From an uncultured Omnitrophica bacterium (lineage in GTDB: Bacteria > Omnitrophota > Gorgyraeia > JACQQV01), in assembly GCA_947085655.1 (NCBI GenBank), contig CAMTXH010000006.1, positions 6,498 to 70,497 on the forward strand: DNA of 64,000 bases. Reading direction: 5' to 3'. The notes beneath the pieces are model-generated. The model saw nothing but the letters and a program-made list of their open reading frames with translations, did no database searches and was not told where the DNA came from. Positions within the stretch are counted from its first letter, which is position 1. Every line of letters begins with the position of its first letter. Positions 56,874 through 64,000 of this stretch are shown piece by piece. Both the position numbers and the translations under genes were made by a program.

Positions 56874-58328
56874 TTACTTTCGGAAGGAGAAAGAGGATGT
56901 AAAGATTCCTGCCGCAGATAAAAGGAGACAGAGTCCTAAAAAAAGGCCGCTGTGGCGCGTATAAAATGTCTCTTTCCTAAATAGCGGCACCTCCCAGGTC
57001 CGCTGGCCGGTGATGAAAAGCGCTTCTCCCCCGAGTCGGAGATCCCGGACAATCCGTCCGGTCGGGTCAATCAGGCAGCTGTAGCCGGTATTGGCGGCGC
57101 GAAGAACGCTCCGGCGGTTCTCAATGGCGCGAAACGCGGAGGCCTGGGCATGCTGGAAAGGGGCGCCGCTTTTCCCGAACCAGGCGTCGTTCGTGATATT
57201 CACCAAAAAATCAGACTCCTTTGCAAAGCGGCGAACCAAATCCGGAAAGATGTCTTCAAAGCAGATGAGGACCGAAAAATTCCCCTTCGGATGCTGAAAA
57301 ATAGTGGCCTCGCTCCCAGGGTCAAAATCGCCTGTCACGATCCACTCCCGAAGAAACGGAAACAGGTCTTCAAAGGGAATAAATTCCCCGAAAGGGACAA
57401 GGTGGAGTTTGTCGTAACGTTTCAGGATTTCCCCTTTGTGAAAGAAGACGGCGCTATTATACGAGAGACGCCCTGCAGTCCACGGGGCTCCGACCAATAG
57501 AAAACCGCCTGTCTTTTTGTTCAGTCTCTCAAGCCGAAGAAGAAGCTCTTTTTCTTCCGGAAGGAAACCCGGCACCGCCGTCTCCGGCCAGACCACAAGA
57601 TCCGGATTTTGTGCGGAGGCGGTAAGGGTGAGCTGCTCATACTTTTCCATGATGCCATCCTGGAGAAGGGGATCCCACTTCAGATGCTGGGGGATGTTTC
57701 CCTGAATGACGGAAGCGCGAAGCGTTTTGCTCGGTTTTGAAAATTCATTCAGCCGGAAAAAGCCGTAAACCCATACCCCCAGGAAAAGACACACAAATAA
57801 AATGGAAGAAACAAGAACCTTCCTCTCCCCTCTCCGCCGGACCCATTGATAAAGAAGTGCATTGCCCCCCATCACGAGAAAGGAGACGCCGTAAGCGCCG
57901 GTCAGGTCTGCCACCTGAATCAAGGGAAGAAAGCGCCATTGGGAATAACCCAAAATGGGCCAACCAAACCCGGTGAATAAACTGCTCCGGAGCCATTCGA
58001 GCACCACCCATCCTGGTGGAAGAAAAAGAGGAAGCCACTGAGAAGGGCAGTACCTTGCCGCAATGCCAAAGAGTCCGAAATAGAGTGAAAGGTAGCCGAC
58101 AAGCACAAGGGTGCCGGGCCAGGTCACATGGTGAATCCATTGGAGAGTTCCCAAGAAAAAGAGAGTGCCGGTGAGGATGGCCAATCCGAACGCTTTTTTT
58201 AGGGAACATTCCTGAAGGGCAAGAAAAAAAGGTAAAAATGAAAACCAGGCGAAAATACCGATATTAAAGGGGGGATACGAAAAAACAAGGAGAAGAACCG
58301 AAAGGATCGAAAGGGAAACCCGTCTCAA
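56874..58328 (-). CDS. lnt: Apolipoprotein N-acyltransferase
   Basis: 484 aa. N-terminal multi-TM region and a C-terminal CN-hydrolase domain (E...K...C triad region VLICFEDIFP). Confidence 0.85.
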   Translation of the reverse strand: MRRVSLSILSVLLLVFSYPPFNIGIFAWFSFLPFFLALQECSLKKAFGLAILTGTLFFLGTLQWIHHVTWPGTLVLVGYLSLYFGLFGIAARYCPSQWLPLFLPPGWVVLEWLRSSLFTGFGWPILGYSQWRFLPLIQVADLTGAYGVSFLVMGGNALLYQWVRRRGERKVLVSSILFVCLFLGVWVYGFFRLNEFSKPSKTLRASVIQGNIPQHLKWDPLLQDGIMEKYEQLTLTASAQNPDLVVWPETAVPGFLPEEKELLLRLERLNKKTGGFLLVGAPWTAGRLSYNSAVFFHKGEILKRYDKLHLVPFGEFIPFEDLFPFLREWIVTGDFDPGSEATIFQHPKGNFSVLICFEDIFPDLVRRFAKESDFLVNITNDAWFGKSGAPFQHAQASAFRAIENRRSVLRAANTGYSCLIDPTGRIVRDLRLGGEALFITGQRTWEVPLFRKETFYTRHSGLFLGLCLLLSAAGIFTSSFSFRK

Positions 58329-61134
<2,806 letters not shown>

Positions 61135-61145
<11 letters not shown>

Positions 61146-61980
61146 TCCCTTCCTCAATATTGATGTAATCTTCAAAACGGAGCTTTCCCTCGATCTCCTC
61201 ATGGATGACGCGGACCCGGTCCGCCATATAAGGATGGGTCCGGAGGTAATGTCCGCGCGGCCCCTTTTCCCGGTGGACCTCCTTCAACTTCTCAAGAAAG
61301 CGGACCATGGCATGCGGATCATACCCCGCCTCCCGCATCATCGTCACGGCAAGCCGGTCGGCGGTCAACTCATCCCCCCGGGCGTATGCCAGAAAAATCT
61401 GGGTGAGGGCGTATTGGGCCCCCCGAACCGCGCGCGCATCCGCGCCAGAGCCGACGGCAAGGGCCTGGAGGAGTCCGTAGCCCATGGAGGCCTGGAGCCG
61501 TTTCACCGAATGCCGGGCCGCCACATGAGCGATTTCGTGGGCCAAAACCCCAGCCAGTTCATCATCGCTCTCCGCCTTTTCCAAAAGCCCGCGGTTCACA
61601 TAAACGAATCCGCCCGGCAGCGAAGAGGCATTTACCTCCTCCAAATCCAGCACCTTGAAATCGTAAACGAGTTCCTGGCGATCGGAAAAAGCGGCCAGCT
61701 TCTGTCCAATCGTCTCAACCCGCTGTTGCGCCTCCCGGTCCGGCAGGAGTTTGTACTGTTCTCCGAGCCGCTTCGCAATTTTCCGGCCCATATTGACTTC
61801 CTGCTCGGTGGTGTAGAGAACCCACTCTTCGCGGTCGGTCGCAAGATCATAATAGGAAGAGGAAGCGCATCCTGTCTGAAACAAAAGGAGGAGGCAAAGC
61901 CATCCTCCTCCTTTTCTTATTCCCCTTTGAGCCGCTTCAATAGGGGGTGTTTGTGGTCTGCACGGCTGGTCTCGGTTCAT
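61135..61980 (-). CDS. M48-family zinc metallopeptidase, lipoprotein (BepA/YcaL-like)
   Basis: [10 protein letters not shown] HExxH motif. N-terminal LLLFQTGC lipobox-like signal. Confidence 0.7.
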
Positions 61981-62068
61981 ATTCCTTCAAAAAGGCCTCG
62001 CAACCGGAGAGCGAAATGAGAAGCCAACCCGCTACAAACCAAACAGTAACGTTTCTCATCATGCACCT

Positions 62069-62551
62069 TTAATCGGTGATCAAGTTATACGCCTCGCGGG
62101 CGCACTCGAGGGGGTCTGTGATAATCTGCTCCCGCGTAAACCGGAGAACATGATAGCCGTCCTCCCGAAGGGCGGCATCCTTTTCTTCATCGCTCTTTTT
62201 CTGCTCATCGGATTTATGATCACCTTTCTCGCATTCAATGGCAATCCGGATATCCTCCTGTTTGGTTTTATAAATGACCAAAAAATCGACTTCATACTCC
62301 CCGATTTTTACCGCATGGCCGATGGCAAGACGGAGCATCACCTTCTCCACCACCTGCCCCTCTTTTGTTGTCTTGTAAATGAAGTAATCATTCATGAGGT
62401 CCCAATAGAGATGGCAGAGAGCGATGTACATGAACTGCTCGGTGGCGTCCTGAATGTCCCATTCATCCAGCAGGGCGTAGATTTTGGTTTCAAAGGAAAT
62501 CGCCTGACGTTTGCTGACCGCCTCCAAGAAATATCTCACATTCGCCAGCAT
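62069..62551 (-). CDS. DUF559 (Vsr-like restriction-endonuclease fold) domain protein
   Basis: IAIECEKGDH...REDGYHVLRFTREQI matches the DUF559 pattern hhIExDGxxH...RDxxLxxxGxxVLRF. Confidence 0.6.
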   Translation of the reverse strand: MLANVRYFLEAVSKRQAISFETKIYALLDEWDIQDATEQFMYIALCHLYWDLMNDYFIYKTTKEGQVVEKVMLRLAIGHAVKIGEYEVDFLVIYKTKQEDIRIAIECEKGDHKSDEQKKSDEEKDAALREDGYHVLRFTREQIITDPLECAREAYNLITD

Positions 62552-62565
62552 CGCTTTTCTCCTTC

Positions 62566-63084
62566 CTAAGGTCCCCAGAGACCCAGACCCTCCCGCTCGG
62601 CCTGCAGGGCGAGTTTCTCGAAGTGTTCCGCGTACCGGGTATTAGGGGGGATGGAAAGGGGTTTGGCGAGCCCCTTCCGGATCAGATGCGCATTGACGAA
62701 AATTTCCTCCGCCAAAGCCCCCATCCGGACATAAACATAAGCCAAGAGCCGTCCAAAACGATCACGCTTGACCTGGTCAAATTCAAGCCGCACTTTTTTT
62801 CCCTCCACGAGTGCGCGGTTTTCCCGGGTTGCTTCTTCCGCGTACGGCTTAGGATCGTACACCCAGGCGGTCCCGACCCGCCGCATCATCTCCGGCGTGT
62901 CGATGCCGAGATACCGAACCTTTTCGCCGTTTTCAAGTTCGATGGTGTCCCCATCCGTAACGGTCCGTACCAGACTCGCCTCTTCCTCTGTCCGATCATA
63001 CCATTTTCCGCCCGAAAGCGCCGCCGGGGCCATCGAGTGGAGCAGGAACAAAACAATCAACCAGCCCCTTATAAAAAGTTTCAT
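62566..63084 (-). CDS. Secreted thermonuclease (staphylococcal-nuclease-like, SNase fold)
   Basis: Signal peptide MKLFIRGWLIVLFLLHSMAPAALSG. SNase motifs VTDGDTIEL...VRYLGIDTPE...DRFGRLLAYVYV. Confidence 0.75.
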   Translation of the reverse strand: MKLFIRGWLIVLFLLHSMAPAALSGGKWYDRTEEEASLVRTVTDGDTIELENGEKVRYLGIDTPEMMRRVGTAWVYDPKPYAEEATRENRALVEGKKVRLEFDQVKRDRFGRLLAYVYVRMGALAEEIFVNAHLIRKGLAKPLSIPPNTRYAEHFEKLALQAEREGLGLWGP

Positions 63085-63998
63085 CCTTTTTTCCCCTTCC
63101 CGGCTTTCTGCTCGAGAAAGGCCTGAACAAAAAGGCCGATCTCCCCGTCCATCACGGAAGTGGTGTTGGACGTTTCCGTCCCGGTCCGGTGGTCTTTGAC
63201 CATCTGATACGGGTGAAAAACGTAAGAGCGGATCTGGCTTCCCCAGGCAATTTCCCGCTTGGTGCCGTGGGCGGCCTTGAGGGCTTCCTCCTTTTCTCTC
63301 TGCTGGCGTTCGTAAAGACGGGCCCGAAGGACCTTCAGGGCGGTCGCTTTATTTTTGTGCTGGGACCGTTCGTTCTGACACTGGACAACGATCCCGGTAG
63401 GCAAATGGGTAATCCGGACTGCGGAATCGGTCACATTCACATGTTGTCCTCCTTTGCCGCTTGAGCGGTACGTATCGATTCGCAAATCGGACTCCTTGAT
63501 ATCAATGGGAACATCTTCGGGGGCCTGGGGAATGACATCCACCGAGGCAAAGGAGGTATGACGCCGTTTGTTGGCGTCAAAGGGGGAAATCCGGACGAGC
63601 CGGTGAACCCCGATTTCCGATTGGAGAAGCCCGTAAGCGAACTCCCCCTTGATCAAAAGGGTGGCATTTTTGATGCCGGCTTCCTCACCGGGCAGTACAT
63701 CGAGTGTTTCAACCTTGAACTGCTTTTCCTCCGCCCAGCGCTCGTACATCCGGAGGAGCATCGCCGCCCAGTCACAGGATTCGGTTCCGCCCGCGCCCGC
63801 ATTCACGCTCAAGATGGCATCCCGAATGTCATTTCTCCCTCCCAGAAGCCGTTGCGTCTGGAGGCGCCGGATCTTTTCCTCCAGTTTCCGGAGATCCTTC
63901 TCACACTCCTTGAGGGATGCCGTATCGCCTTCGTCCACAACGGATAAAAGCTCTTCAAGCTCCCGCAGTTCCTTTTCACAGGATAAAAGGGGCTCCAC
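63081..63998 (-). CDS. prfB: Peptide chain release factor 2, C-terminal ~305 aa. The 5' end and the expected +1 frameshift site lie beyond the window.
   Basis: SPF tripeptide (ISPFDANKRRHTSFASVDV) specific to RF2, and the GGQ motif (SSGKGGQHVNVTDSAVRITH). Confidence 0.85.
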   Translation of the reverse strand: MEPLLSCEKELRELEELLSVVDEGDTASLKECEKDLRKLEEKIRRLQTQRLLGGRNDIRDAILSVNAGAGGTESCDWAAMLLRMYERWAEEKQFKVETLDVLPGEEAGIKNATLLIKGEFAYGLLQSEIGVHRLVRISPFDANKRRHTSFASVDVIPQAPEDVPIDIKESDLRIDTYRSSGKGGQHVNVTDSAVRITHLPTGIVVQCQNERSQHKNKATALKVLRARLYERQQREKEEALKAAHGTKREIAWGSQIRSYVFHPYQMVKDHRTGTETSNTTSVMDGEIGLFVQAFLEQKAGKGKKG

Positions 63999-64000
63999 CC

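Noticed and set aside
56805-56921. 38-codon plus-strand ORF (MAKIKMEKLNYRRTLSNCAIAQELL...) spanning the 16-bp palindrome
   Set aside because: It has no convincing ribosome-binding site, overlaps the 3' end of lnt in antisense, and its reading frame is largely dictated by the palindrome. Too weak to call.

Overview
The window is a GC-rich (about 58-60%) and very compact stretch of bacterial chromosome. Roughly 60 protein-coding genes lie almost back-to-back on the minus strand, and many junctions overlap by 4 nt (ATGA or GTGA), which suggests translational coupling. No tRNA, rRNA, CRISPR array, transposase or prophage gene is visible.

Gene content, in coordinate order:
- 1-13.6 kb: a 5'-truncated CTP synthase gene (pyrG), followed by a long lipopolysaccharide inner-core and lipid A operon. 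The operon holds kdsB, the heptose-7-phosphate kinase domain, three stand-alone GT9 heptosyltransferase paralogues, a GT4 glycosyltransferase, a GT4::GT9 fusion, an LpxL-like::ELM1-like fusion, lpxK and waaA.
- 13.6-27.3 kb: xerC/D, a topA whose 5' end encodes an in-frame ThiS-like domain, dprA, aroK, aroC, pilD, aroE, leuA/cimA, ilvC, ilvN, ilvB and alr.
- 27.4-35.0 kb: a small periplasmic protein, a FIST sensor protein, tsaB, tsaE, thiL, and a four-gene block of unknown role (a Cas4-like PD-(D/E)XK nuclease, a DnaQ-like exonuclease, a CPBP protease and a TatD::radical SAM fusion).
- 35.2-55.6 kb: nifS, metG, holB, tmk, cysS, cysE, ispF, ispD, yacL, mlaD, mlaF, mlaE, a hypothetical membrane protein, clpC, mcsB, mcsA, ilvE, lolD, lolC/E and lysS.
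- 55.9-64.0 kb: an independently transcribed small secreted acidic protein, then lnt, secA, an M48 peptidase, a DUF559 endonuclease-like protein, a secreted thermonuclease, and the 3' end of prfB.

The genes indicate a diderm envelope (LPS, Lol, Mla, Lnt) together with a Firmicutes-type McsA-McsB-ClpC module.

The points I consider most worth follow-up:
1. A family of short palindromic repeats (TAGGGAC-N(1-23)-GTCCC) that sits exactly on the stop codons of internal operon genes at four loci.
2. A roughly 230-nt leader with stacked terminator and antiterminator hairpins in front of the secreted acidic protein gene, next to a perfect 16-bp palindrome.
3. The in-frame ThiS-like::TopA fusion.
4. 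The four-gene block of two nucleases, a CPBP protease and a TatD::radical SAM fusion.
5. A 130-bp AT-rich insert flanked by 19-bp inverted repeats, between nifS and the TatD::rSAM gene.

I could not identify a complete, clearly novel multi-gene system with confidence. The candidates above are ranked honestly rather than optimistically.
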